Shown piece after piece: positions 10,714 to 19,698 of a DNA stretch of 64,000 bases. Every line of letters begins with the position of its first letter. Within the stretch, counting starts at the first letter, position 1. The stretch is from Acidobacteriota bacterium. GTDB taxonomy: Bacteria > Acidobacteriota > UBA890 > WLXD01. Below the pieces are notes generated by a model, which had not been told where the DNA came from, made no database searches, and worked only from the letters and a program-made list of their open reading frames with translations. The stretch is taken from the NCBI GenBank assembly GCA_965205505.1, contig CBDBHB010000009.1:800001-864000 (forward strand), read 5' to 3'. The translations under genes were made by a program, and so were the position numbers.

Positions 10714-11855
10714 CCAGCAGATTTCTTGCGCGGTACGAACGGGGTCGGAATGACCGTCGCCTGAGCCTCGCCGAACGGGCCTCGGACGGTGAAGGTCGAG
10801 CCCTCATCGGCAAGCGCGACAGGGATGTTGGCGAAGCCGATGTTCTTGTCGAGCCGCGGCGAGTGGATGCAGCGGGTGATGCGGCCGATCTGCTCGTCGC
10901 CGTCGACGATCGGCAGCCATTCCTCGTTGAGGCGAGGCAGTGGGTCACAGTCGATCTCTACCCCCACCAGCCGGCGCTTCACCCCCTTCGCCGCGATGCG
11001 CTTCAGAGCTTCCTTGCCGATGAAGTCGGCCTCCTGCTCCAGGTCGACGAGACGCTCGTAGCCCAACGTGAACGGGTTGTCGTCGAGCGTGATGTCGGAG
11101 CGGTAGTCGAGGTTGCCGGCCTCGATGCTGCGGATCGCCGAGGGACAGATGGCGGCGATGTCCCACTCGGCGCCGGCCGCCATGATCATCTCCCACAGCT
11201 CGTCGCCGCGATCACTGCTGTGCGGCAGAATCTCGAACCCGAACTCGCCGCTCCAGCCTGTACGCGTGAGCACCAACGGGATGCCTTCGAGCTCGGTCTC
11301 GCGCAGGCGGTAGAAGCCCAGCTCCTCGACCCAGTCTCCGAACAGCCTTCGTGCCACATGGATCGAGCTCGGGCCCTGCAGCTGCATCGGCCACACGTCT
11401 GGCTCGCGCACGGTCACGTCCATGCCTGAGCTGACGGCAGCGCCCATTGCCCACAGCAATGTGTCGCCGTCACCGGGCGAGAACCAAAAGCGATCCTCCG
11501 CCAATCGATACAGCACCGCATCGTTGACGATGCCGCCGGCCTCGTTGGTGAGCAGCACGTACTTGCACTGCCCGACTGCGCAGCTCGCCAGGTTGCGCGG
11601 CGTCAGGTACTGGGTGAAGCGCGCCGCCTCAGGGCCGCTGATCTCGACCTGACGCTGGCAGCCGACGTCCCAGAGGGTCACCGTCTTGAGCAGCTTCCAG
11701 TACTCATCGACGCTGTCGGTGTACCAGATGGGCAGTAAGGTGTGGTTGTAGATCGAGAAGCCCTTGGCTCCCCAGCGCCGGGTGGCATCGAAGTACGGTG
11801 ACTTCCGGACCCGTGGTCCGATGGCAATCTGTGCGGCAAAGCCATCGTCGGTCAT
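10710..11855 (-). CDS. GcvT-family aminomethyltransferase/demethylase (DmdA-like)
   Basis: RVRKSPYF...YNHTLLP...LWDVGCQRQVEISGP, TRTGWSGEFGFEI, RSIEAG. Confidence 0.85.
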   Translation of the reverse strand: MTDDGFAAQIAIGPRVRKSPYFDATRRWGAKGFSIYNHTLLPIWYTDSVDEYWKLLKTVTLWDVGCQRQVEISGPEAARFTQYLTPRNLASCAVGQCKYVLLTNEAGGIVNDAVLYRLAEDRFWFSPGDGDTLLWAMGAAVSSGMDVTVREPDVWPMQLQGPSSIHVARRLFGDWVEELGFYRLRETELEGIPLVLTRTGWSGEFGFEILPHSSDRGDELWEMIMAAGAEWDIAAICPSAIRSIEAGNLDYRSDITLDDNPFTLGYERLVDLEQEADFIGKEALKRIAAKGVKRRLVGVEIDCDPLPRLNEEWLPIVDGDEQIGRITRCIHSPRLDKNIGFANIPVALADEGSTFTVRGPFGEAQATVIPTPFVPRKKSAG

Positions 11856-11867
11856 GGTGCTCTCCTT

Positions 11868-11909
11868 CAGCAGGCAGTGGTGGAAGTGTGATAGGTAACT
11901 GCCTGCTAG
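11868..11909 (-). repeat. Mini inverted-repeat element, family A
   Basis: CAGCAGGCAGTGGTGGAAGTGTG-ATAGGTA-ACTGCCTGCTAG is the reverse orientation of the CACACTTCCACCACGGCCTGCTAG family. Confidence 0.75.
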
Positions 11910-11915
11910 ACAGCG

Positions 11916-12335
11916 CTACTCGAGCGCCCCGGGCGGTCCCGGATCGGTAATCATGAAGCTGGCGTAGCACTGGGCAACCAGGCTGCCATCGTCGGCGCGC
12001 AGGGCGCGTCCCTCCAGCTGTGCCAGCTTGCCCCTCAACTTGGTCAGTCGCCCCTCGAGCAACACGTCGGTACCGGTTGGCAGTGGCTGCCGATAGCGCA
12101 TCTCGCAACGTGCCGTGTGGCCGCGCGCACCGCGCAGGAACAGCCAGTTCGCCATGACGTCGTCGAGTGCGCTGTAGAGAATGCCACCGTGCGTCTGGCC
12201 GTCGAATCCGCAGTGGTTGTCGCCAGGGGTGAACTCGCCGCGGCAGACTTCGTCGTCGAGACGAAAACGGATCCCGAGCCCGATCGGATTGTCGGGGCCG
12301 CAAACGAAGCAGCGTGGCGCGTCGGCTCTGGACAC
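11916..12335 (-). CDS. PaaI-family thioesterase
   Basis: CFVCGPDNPIGL, HGGILYSALDDVM hotdog-fold motif. Confidence 0.88.
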   Translation of the reverse strand: MSRADAPRCFVCGPDNPIGLGIRFRLDDEVCRGEFTPGDNHCGFDGQTHGGILYSALDDVMANWLFLRGARGHTARCEMRYRQPLPTGTDVLLEGRLTKLRGKLAQLEGRALRADDGSLVAQCYASFMITDPGPPGALE

Positions 12336-12811
12336 TACCCTTTGGCCGGCGGCGCGTACATCGTCAGCTGCTCGTAGAGCATGGCGGGTTTATCCGCGCC
12401 TTCGACGCGGATCTCCACCTCGTGGATCAGCACGGTTCCCTTGGGCTTGGCAACGACGTCGGTAAGGCGCTGCCGTAGGCGCACGCGACTGCCGACGGGA
12501 ACGGGATCGATGAACCGCAGCCGATTGGCCCCGTAGTTGATCGTCATCTCCGCACCGGTGAGCTCCAGCTCGGATCCGTCGCGCAGCGAGGCGGTCAGGC
12601 TGAGCATCAGGAACCCATGGGCGATCGTCGTGCCGAACGGCCCTGCCTCAGCGCGCGCGATGTCTTCGTGGATCCACTGGTGATCGTCGGTGACGTCGGC
12701 GAAGGTGTTGATGCGTTCCTGGGTGATCTCCAGCGCCGGGCCATAGTTGCCGAACTCATCGCTGATGAGTTCGCGGAGCCCGTCGATATCGTCGAAACGG
12801 ACTTGAGTCAT
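12335..12811 (-). CDS. MaoC-family dehydratase
   Basis: FADVTDDHQWIH, TIAHGFL, NYGANRLRFIDPV. Likely start MTQVRF at 12811. Confidence 0.88.
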   Translation of the reverse strand: MTQVRFDDIDGLRELISDEFGNYGPALEITQERINTFADVTDDHQWIHEDIARAEAGPFGTTIAHGFLMLSLTASLRDGSELELTGAEMTINYGANRLRFIDPVPVGSRVRLRQRLTDVVAKPKGTVLIHEVEIRVEGADKPAMLYEQLTMYAPPAKG

Positions 12812-12901
12812 CGAGGTACTCGGTTTCTGAGCTGGTGGCCTGCGTGGCGGCCAGCCATAATGCCATCCCTTCCATACAGGTTCCATCTGCGGGTGTTGAC
12901 G

Positions 12902-14641
12902 ATGAACGAGAATGACCGAGCGGCAAGCGGGCGTTGGCGAGCCCATCATGAGGGTCGAAACCTGCTGACTAGCGCCGCACCGTGGTCGAGACCGTGGCTG
13001 TCGGTAGCGGCCGTGGCGCTGGCGTTGGCGCTGCCGGTGGCCTGCGGCCCGGCTTCACCGGCGGCAGCCGAGGGCGAAGGGTCGGTCGCCACCAGTGTGT
13101 CCATCGCCACGCCCCCGCGGGTCGAGGCCGACGGCGAGACCCTCGAGGGCGACTACTTCGGCTCCGACGCAAGCCAGGCGGTGTTCAAGGGAATTCCGTA
13201 TGCGCTGCCGCCGATCGGCGAGCTTCGATGGCGACCGCCGCAACTGCGCGAGCCGCGCGAGGGGCTGCAGTCGGCCACTACCTTTCCGCCCGCCTGCCCG
13301 CAGACCGACGGCAACCTGAGCTGGTATCGGTCGCAGGCCACCGCGCTAGGCCAGGATCCGAGCGTCGTCTTCGGTATGCCGCCGGTCAGCGAGGACTGTC
13401 TCTATGTCAACGTCTGGACCACGAACTGGCAGGGCGATACGCCACAGCCGGTGATGGTGTGGATATACGGTGGTGGCAACACCGTCGGGTGGTCCACGGA
13501 GCCGCCGTATCTCGGCCACCGCCTGGCGCGCCGCGGGGTGGTGGTGGTGTCGCTGAACTACCGCGTCAACAACTTCGGCTTCATGGCGCACCCGGAGCTC
13601 ACCGCGGAGTCGGAGAACGATGCTTCGGGTAACTACGGTCTGCTCGACCAGATCGCCGCCTTGGAGTGGGTGCAGCGCAACATCGCTCAGTTCGGTGGCG
13701 ACCCTGATCGAGTCACCGTCTTCGGCGAATCGGCCGGCGGAGCCAACGTGGCTTTCTTGCTGGCGTCGCCGCTTTCCGAAGGGTTGTTCCACCGGGCCAT
13801 CTCCCAGAGCGGCGGCTATCCCGTGCGCTCGTTCTATGACCTCGAGCAGGCCGAGGAGAGAGGGCGGCAGCTCGGCAAAGTGCTGGGCGGTGCGGCGGCG
13901 AGCGAGGACCCGGCCGCATCGCTGGCGGCCATGCGAGCCGCCAGCATTGAGGAGATCCTCGAAGCCAGGCTGCCTCGAGGTAGCGGCGGGGGCGGACCGA
14001 ATGTCGACGGCTGGGTCGTGCCGCGCTCGCTGGCGGAGACGTTCGCGTCCGGCGAGCAGCACGCCATCCCGCTGCTGATCGGCTTCAATGCCAATGAGGG
14101 TGCCATGGGGGCGCAGCGCGAGCTCGATGCGCAGCGGGTTGAGCAAACCATCCGCGACACCTACGGCTCGCTTGCTGATCGGGCCATGGAGATCTATCCG
14201 GTGGACGGCGACGAGGAGCTCGCCGACGTTCTCGATCGGTACAGCACCAACACGACGTTCGGCTGCAGCTCCAAGTACGTCACCGCGGCGACCCCGCAGA
14301 CCGGCGCCAACGCCTGGCTGTATTTCTTCACCCGCGTGCAGCCGGCCGGAAAGCTCGGCGCCTACCACGGGGCCGAGATTCCCTACGTGTTCAATACCCC
14401 GGATTCGTGGATGCCATGGGATACCACCGACGCGGCGCTGGCCGATGCGGTCGGTGGGTACTGGACACAGTTCGCTGCCACCGGTGATCCGAACCGTGAT
14501 GGGCTTCCGCAGTGGCCGGCCTGGGAAGAATCGACCGACGCCTACATGGAGCTCGGCGATCGGGTCAGGGCCGGTGAGGAATTGCGTCAGGACGCCTGCG
14601 CGCTCTACAACGAGGCGCTGGCGATGTGGGCACAGGAGTAA
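12902..14641 (+). CDS. Type-B carboxylesterase/lipase
   Basis: FKGIPYA, SEDCLYVNVW, IYGGG, GNYGLLDQ, FGESAGG, GAYHGAEI. Start uncertain. Confidence 0.9.
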   Translation: MNENDRAASGRWRAHHEGRNLLTSAAPWSRPWLSVAAVALALALPVACGPASPAAAEGEGSVATSVSIATPPRVEADGETLEGDYFGSDASQAVFKGIPYALPPIGELRWRPPQLREPREGLQSATTFPPACPQTDGNLSWYRSQATALGQDPSVVFGMPPVSEDCLYVNVWTTNWQGDTPQPVMVWIYGGGNTVGWSTEPPYLGHRLARRGVVVVSLNYRVNNFGFMAHPELTAESENDASGNYGLLDQIAALEWVQRNIAQFGGDPDRVTVFGESAGGANVAFLLASPLSEGLFHRAISQSGGYPVRSFYDLEQAEERGRQLGKVLGGAAASEDPAASLAAMRAASIEEILEARLPRGSGGGGPNVDGWVVPRSLAETFASGEQHAIPLLIGFNANEGAMGAQRELDAQRVEQTIRDTYGSLADRAMEIYPVDGDEELADVLDRYSTNTTFGCSSKYVTAATPQTGANAWLYFFTRVQPAGKLGAYHGAEIPYVFNTPDSWMPWDTTDAALADAVGGYWTQFAATGDPNRDGLPQWPAWEESTDAYMELGDRVRAGEELRQDACALYNEALAMWAQE

Positions 14642-14707
14642 TGGTCCGGGTTTCCAACACGGGCCACCAATCCACGGCGTGGCGCGAGCTACTGCCCGTA
14701 CTCGGAG

Positions 14708-16174
14708 CTAGCGCCTCTCGAATACGATGCCCCGCTCTGAGCCCGAGCTCAGGCCGAAACCGGTGACGTTGCCGGCACGGTTGCGGTTGAACTCCAGGCT
14801 CGCCGGCTGCGGCCCCGACAGTCCCTGATCGCGGAACCTGATCTCGAAGCGGTCATCGGCCACCGGCGTGACCTGCAGCGGCGGCTCCTGCTCGATGCGC
14901 ACCACCAGGCCACCGTCGGCCACCGCGAAACGGTAGGTGGCGTCGAGCTCGGGCGCGAAGAAGGTACCGGCGTACTCCGCGAGCCGGTCGGATGTCAGAG
15001 CCGGTGGCGCGGAGGTCTCGGCGACAGCTTGCCGGCCGCTCGAGCGGTCGTCGTCGACCTCTTCGGGCCCCAACCGGTCAGCCAGGTAGTGGTCGGCGAC
15101 ACGCTGCGCGAAGCGCCCGGGGGTGGCGTCGTCGTCGTTGCACGAGACGGCGATCGACAGGCCGGGCTCGACGAAGCGCACGAGCTGCGTGCGGAATCCC
15201 CAGGAGCTACCGCTGTGCCCCACCGTGCTCAGGCCTCGGTAATCAGCGAGCACGAGTCCCTGCGCGTAGCCTAGCGGATCGCCGTTGTTGAGGTGCCCCT
15301 CGGTGAGCATCAGTGGATGAATGGCGGGCTTGTCGTCGCCGTGCAGGTAGTCGTCCCAGCGCAGCAGGTCCTCCATCGTTGCGTAGAGCTGCCCGTCGCC
15401 GGCGACGTCGAAGTTGTAGTTGTGCACGATGCGCAGGCGGCCCTGATCATCGCGCGCATAGCCGGTGGCGCGGCGCGGGACGATCCTCTCGAGGTTCTCG
15501 TACATGAAGCTGCCTTCCATCCCCAGCGGATCGAAGATGCGCTCCTGCGCCATCTCGCCCAGCGACTGGCCACCGGCGCGTTCGATCACCTGCGATAGCA
15601 GCATGAAGGCGGTATTGCTGTACCGGTAGCGCTCGCCGGGTTGGAAGATCAGGGCGCGCTGTCGCGACATCATTGCCCGGATCTGCGCGTGCGAGATGGG
15701 GTAGTAGTCACCGCGCCCGGCGAGCGGGAACAGGTTCAGATAGTTACGCAGGCCGCTGGTGTGGTGCAGCATGTGCCGCAGGGTGATCGGCCAGTCGTAC
15801 TCGGGGATCTCGGAGAGCCACGTCTGGATCGTGTCGTCGAGCGACAGCTTGCCTTCCAGCGCCAGCATGCTGAGGGCGGCGGCGGTGAACTGCTTGGTCA
15901 CCGAACCGACGTCGAACACCGTCTGCGGCGTGATGGGGATGTCGTAGTCGAGGTTGGCGTAACCGTAGCCGCGCGAGTAGATCAGGTCGCCATTTTGCGC
16001 CACCGCGATCGCGCAGCCTGCCGATCCCGGCTGCTCCCAGGAAGCGAAGACAGCATCGATCGCGGCATTGTCGGCGCCGGTCTCGACACCGGCATGCGGG
16101 TCATCCGGGGTGGCGCAGGCGCCGGTGAGGGCAAGGCACACGACGAGAGCTGCCAAGCGAGGGGAGGGAATCAT
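14708..16174 (-). CDS. Lipoprotein serine hydrolase (beta-lactamase family) with C-terminal DUF3471-like domain
   Basis: Lipobox LTGAC, GSVTK, HHTSG, YSN, GHSGS. Confidence 0.88.
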   Translation of the reverse strand: MIPSPRLAALVVCLALTGACATPDDPHAGVETGADNAAIDAVFASWEQPGSAGCAIAVAQNGDLIYSRGYGYANLDYDIPITPQTVFDVGSVTKQFTAAALSMLALEGKLSLDDTIQTWLSEIPEYDWPITLRHMLHHTSGLRNYLNLFPLAGRGDYYPISHAQIRAMMSRQRALIFQPGERYRYSNTAFMLLSQVIERAGGQSLGEMAQERIFDPLGMEGSFMYENLERIVPRRATGYARDDQGRLRIVHNYNFDVAGDGQLYATMEDLLRWDDYLHGDDKPAIHPLMLTEGHLNNGDPLGYAQGLVLADYRGLSTVGHSGSSWGFRTQLVRFVEPGLSIAVSCNDDDATPGRFAQRVADHYLADRLGPEEVDDDRSSGRQAVAETSAPPALTSDRLAEYAGTFFAPELDATYRFAVADGGLVVRIEQEPPLQVTPVADDRFEIRFRDQGLSGPQPASLEFNRNRAGNVTGFGLSSGSERGIVFERR

Positions 16175-17460
16175 GGTCTCTCCGTGAGCGCCTGGTAGGC
16201 GAGGATGCGGATCTCGGCGCGGAGCGGGTAACGATCCGATGGCGATATCTGGGTCAGCAGCAACCCGACGAGCTCCTCGGTTCGGTCTACCCAGAAATAG
16301 GTACTGCGAGCGCCGCCCCAGGAGAACGAGCCGGCGGAGCCCATCAACGACGATTGCGCTACGTCGGTGATCACCGCACCGGTGAGCCCGTACCCCACAC
16401 CGCGTGGGCTCGATTGCAGCGAGGTGGCCATCGCCGCCATCGGCTCCGGGCCGAGCGACGGGTCGAGGTGGTTCATCATCATCAGGTCGACGGTCTTGCG
16501 GCCGAGAATGCGCACTCCGTCGAGCTCGCCGCTGTTGGCGAGCATCTGAGCGAAACGAAGGTAGTCGGCAGCGGTCGACACCGAGCCACTGCCGCCGTAG
16601 GGCACGCGGTCCGGATCATGAATCCCCGGTCGGCTCGGCGCCCGCTCCATGCCGCGTTCCGGGGTAGCCCGGTAGCTGGCGGCCAGGCGGTCGGCGTTTT
16701 GCTCAGGAACATAGAAGGCGGTGTCGGTCATTCCGAGCGGTTCGAAGACGCGCTCGGCGAGGAACTCGTCGAATGGTTGTCCCGACAGCACCTCCACTAG
16801 CCGCCCGAGAACGTCCTGCGAGATGCTGTACACCCACTTGCTGCCGGGCTGGCGCGCCAGCGGTATCGACGCGACACGCTCGACGAAATTCGCCAGCGAC
16901 GGCGCCGCAAACAGCTGTGCCTCACTGTACAGCTCTCCGACCGGAGTCTCGTCACCGCCGTAGATCAGGCCCGAGGTGTGGGTCAGCAGATCCTTGACCG
17001 TCATTGTACGGGCCGGCTCGGTTTGCGGGTTTGCGGCGGTGCCGCCGATCCATACCTCGGTGTCGGCAAACTCCGGCAGGTACTGAGATACTGGATCGGT
17101 GAGCAGATAATGCCCCTCCTCGTAGAGGATCATCATCGCCACGCCGGTCATCGGCTTGGTCATCGACGCCATCCGAAAGATGGTGTCCTCGCGCAGCGCC
17201 TTGCCCTGCTCGACGTCCATCATGCCGACCTGGTCGAAGTGGACCAGTTTGCCGCGACGGGCGACGGCGGTGATCACTCCCGGCAGCGTGCCGGCGTCGA
17301 CGTAGCGCTGCATGGCCGGCCGGATGCGGGCCAGGCGCTCGCTCGACATACCCACCTCTTCGGGAGCGGCGCGCGGCAAGCCCTGCGCTGAAGCGGTGAG
17401 CGTTGCACCTGCCACCAATAGCGTCGTCGTTGTCGCGATGACGGAGATCTGTTTGTTCAT
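16171..17460 (-). CDS. Secreted serine hydrolase (beta-lactamase family)
   Basis: Start MNKQISV with RBS GAGGA; FRMASMTK, LLTHTSG, WVYS, WGG. Paralog of 9307-10581. Confidence 0.88.
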   Translation of the reverse strand: MNKQISVIATTTTLLVAGATLTASAQGLPRAAPEEVGMSSERLARIRPAMQRYVDAGTLPGVITAVARRGKLVHFDQVGMMDVEQGKALREDTIFRMASMTKPMTGVAMMILYEEGHYLLTDPVSQYLPEFADTEVWIGGTAANPQTEPARTMTVKDLLTHTSGLIYGGDETPVGELYSEAQLFAAPSLANFVERVASIPLARQPGSKWVYSISQDVLGRLVEVLSGQPFDEFLAERVFEPLGMTDTAFYVPEQNADRLAASYRATPERGMERAPSRPGIHDPDRVPYGGSGSVSTAADYLRFAQMLANSGELDGVRILGRKTVDLMMMNHLDPSLGPEPMAAMATSLQSSPRGVGYGLTGAVITDVAQSSLMGSAGSFSWGGARSTYFWVDRTEELVGLLLTQISPSDRYPLRAEIRILAYQALTERP

Positions 17461-17608
17461 CCGGTTCCTCCAGCAAACACGGCAGTCTAATCGCCGTGCA
17501 ATGCTGTCTAGATGAGATGAGAAGGCCAACCTCCTGAACGCAGTAGCCTGACGGCTCTGCAAACGTTTCTTCAAACGTAACGGGCTCGAAGCCCAAGGAG
17601 GTTGGCCG

Positions 17609-18654
17609 ATGACAAGTGTAACGATTGGACTGGACGTAAGCGACCGGTACAGCCGTATGTGCGTGCTCGACAGTAAGGGCAGGGTGATGGAGGAAGGGCG
17701 GGTGAGGACGAGCCCGGAGGGGCTGGCGAGGCGGTTCGGGTGCGAGGAGCCCGCTCGAGTAGTGCTGGAGGTTGGAACGCACTCGCCGTGGATGAGTGAG
17801 CAGTTGAAGCAACTGGGTCATGAGGTGCTGGTGGCTAACCCGAGGCGGCTGAAGCTGATCTATGGCGAGCACGACAAGACCGACCGGTTGGATGCCGAGC
17901 ACCTGGCACGAGTGGGCAGAATGGACCCAAAGCTGCTTAAGACGGTGCAGCATCGAGGCAGACAAGCGCGAGCGGATCTAGCCGTGATTCGGAGCCGAGA
18001 TGCTCTGGTAAAGAGCCCACGCAGTTGGTGAGCCATGTGCGTGGTGCGGTCAAGTCGGCCGGTTGTCGTATTCCCAGGTGCTCGACGCCGGCGTTCGCGC
18101 GCACCGCGCCAGAGCACATACCGGAGCGGCTCAAGGGAGCGCTCGAGCCGGTGCTTGAAACGATCGCCATGCTGACGGGCAACATCCAGCAATACGAGCG
18201 TCAGATCGCGCAGCTGTGCCAGGGGCGATACCCGGAGACACAGCAGCTCCAGCAAGTGGCCGGGGTCGGAGCTCTGACCGCACTGGCGTATGTGCTGACG
18301 CTTGAGGAGCCGGAACGGTTCAATACCTCCAGAGCCGTGGGCCCGTACCTGGGACTGAGACCGAAGAAACGGCAGTCGGGGGACAAGGACCCTGCGCTAC
18401 GAATAACCAAGGCGGGCGACAAAATGCTCCGACGCCTGTTGGTGGGCTCGGCGCATTACATCCTGGGCCCCTTCGGGCCCGATACTGAGCTCAGACGCTG
18501 GGGGCTCAAGCTGGCCGGACGCGGTGGTCCTCATGGCAACAAAAAGGCAGCAGTTGCTGTCGCCCGTAAGCTCGCCGTTGTGCTGCACCGACTGTGGCTG
18601 AGTGGAGACGAGTACGAACCGTTGCGCGCACCTGTAGAGGTTTCAGCAGCATGA
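17609..18654 (+). pseudogene. IS110 transposase/recombinase split by an apparent 1-bp deletion near 18017
   Basis: ORF1 has the RuvC-like DEDD residues (IGLDVS, VVLEVG, KTDRLDA). ORF2 has YLGLRPKKRQSG and AVARKLAV. AAG AGC C-C ACG CAG would read KSRTQ with one extra base. Confidence 0.88.
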
Positions 18655-18701
18655 ACTAACCCGCAACCAGGAGGTCGGTAGGGCGACGCGACCCAACGGT
18701 T

Positions 18702-18864
18702 ATCGATCTGACCGCCCGGTCCGGGCGACTGCGAAGGTCACTACGAGCTTCGAGCTCGGCAGCTAGATTGCAGCGCCTCGAATCGGGACGGACCCCAGAA
18801 TGCACCGGACGACCTGAATCCTCGTCCACCAGAGTGCGAATAGGAGCATGGCGTGCAGATCGAT
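18702..18864 (+). ncRNA. Candidate bridge/seek RNA in the IS 3' non-coding end
   Basis: Closing stem ATCGATCTG/CAGATCGAT; internal stem-loop-stem at 18724-18777 whose loop strands match the insertion site (see findings). Confidence 0.65.
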
Positions 18865-18897
18865 TCTTCGCTGGGCACCACATTGCCCTTGACCGAA

Positions 18898-19541
18898 CTA
18901 CGCCTTCTCATAGAAGTGGCCTCTGAGAAGTTCCATCGGGTCGCTGCGTAGGGCTCGCCAGGCGGGGACCGCACAGGCAAGAACCGCCATTCCGACCAGC
19001 ACCAGCAACGCCAACAGGTAGGTGAGCGCGTCGAGCGGACCGACGCCGAAGAGAGCGCCGCGCGCCAGATTCGACCCGAGCGTTGCAATCGAAATTCCGA
19101 CGATCAGGCCCAAGCCGAGTCGCTTCGCCCATGGCGACAGGGCACCGCGCAGCAGGTCGTGCCGACCCGCACCGAGTGCTCTGCGGATGCCGAACTCGCC
19201 CATCCTACGGCCCACCGAGATAGAGACCACGGCGTAGGTACCGACTGCCGCCAGCAGGTAGGCGACGACCGCGAAGGCGGTCATCAGCTGGGTGGCGAAA
19301 CGCGGCCGCGCGATTCGCAGATCGAGCATTCGCCGCATCGTACGGGAATCTACCGGCAAGCCAACGAAATGTCGCCGGATCTCGTCGCGTGCGCTGGCGA
19401 CATAGTCGATAGGCGAGCCACTGACTCGCAGGATAGTGCTGGTCCACGCGTTGGTTCCGTATCCCGCGCTGACGCCCTGCGCGGGTGTCGAAGTCGCCGA
19501 ACGCCGTGGCGTACATCCGTCAGCAAGGAGGCGAATCGCAT
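18898..19541 (-). pseudogene. ADOP/MacB-type ABC permease remnant with a large internal deletion
   Basis: N-terminus MRFASLLTDVRHGVRRLR in one frame; last FtsX domain (RRMGEFGIRRALGA...VPAWRALRSDPMELLR) in another; total only about 0.65 kb. Confidence 0.8.
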
Positions 19542-19698
19542 GGGCCTCGACCAAGGGTACAGTGGGACCGAGCTCCCGACCTCAATACGCCCGGGCGCAT
19601 CGCTTGAACTCTATAGCAGTGCTCGGCACCATAGCCCATCTGGGCACACGCCCCGCCCGTTGGTGGCGTGTCTTCCCGCCCCTGGTGAGGAGTTGATC

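Larger units (their letters stand above)
17510..18916 (+). mobile_element. IS110-family insertion sequence, IS1111 type
   Basis: Sub-terminal inverted repeats ATGAGAAGGC (17517-17526) and GCCTTCTCAT (18902-18911); AG dinucleotide at both ends (17510-11, 18915-16); IS110 transposase; long 3' non-coding end; TTGACC -35 box near the right end. Confidence 0.88.

Noticed and set aside
9307-17460. Beta-lactam resistance cluster
   Set aside because: The proteins have the generic serine-hydrolase fold. They lack a clear AmpC KTG motif, and resistance cannot be inferred.
18005-18031. Programmed frameshift in the transposase
   Set aside because: No slippery run is present, and IS110 transposases are normally single ORFs.
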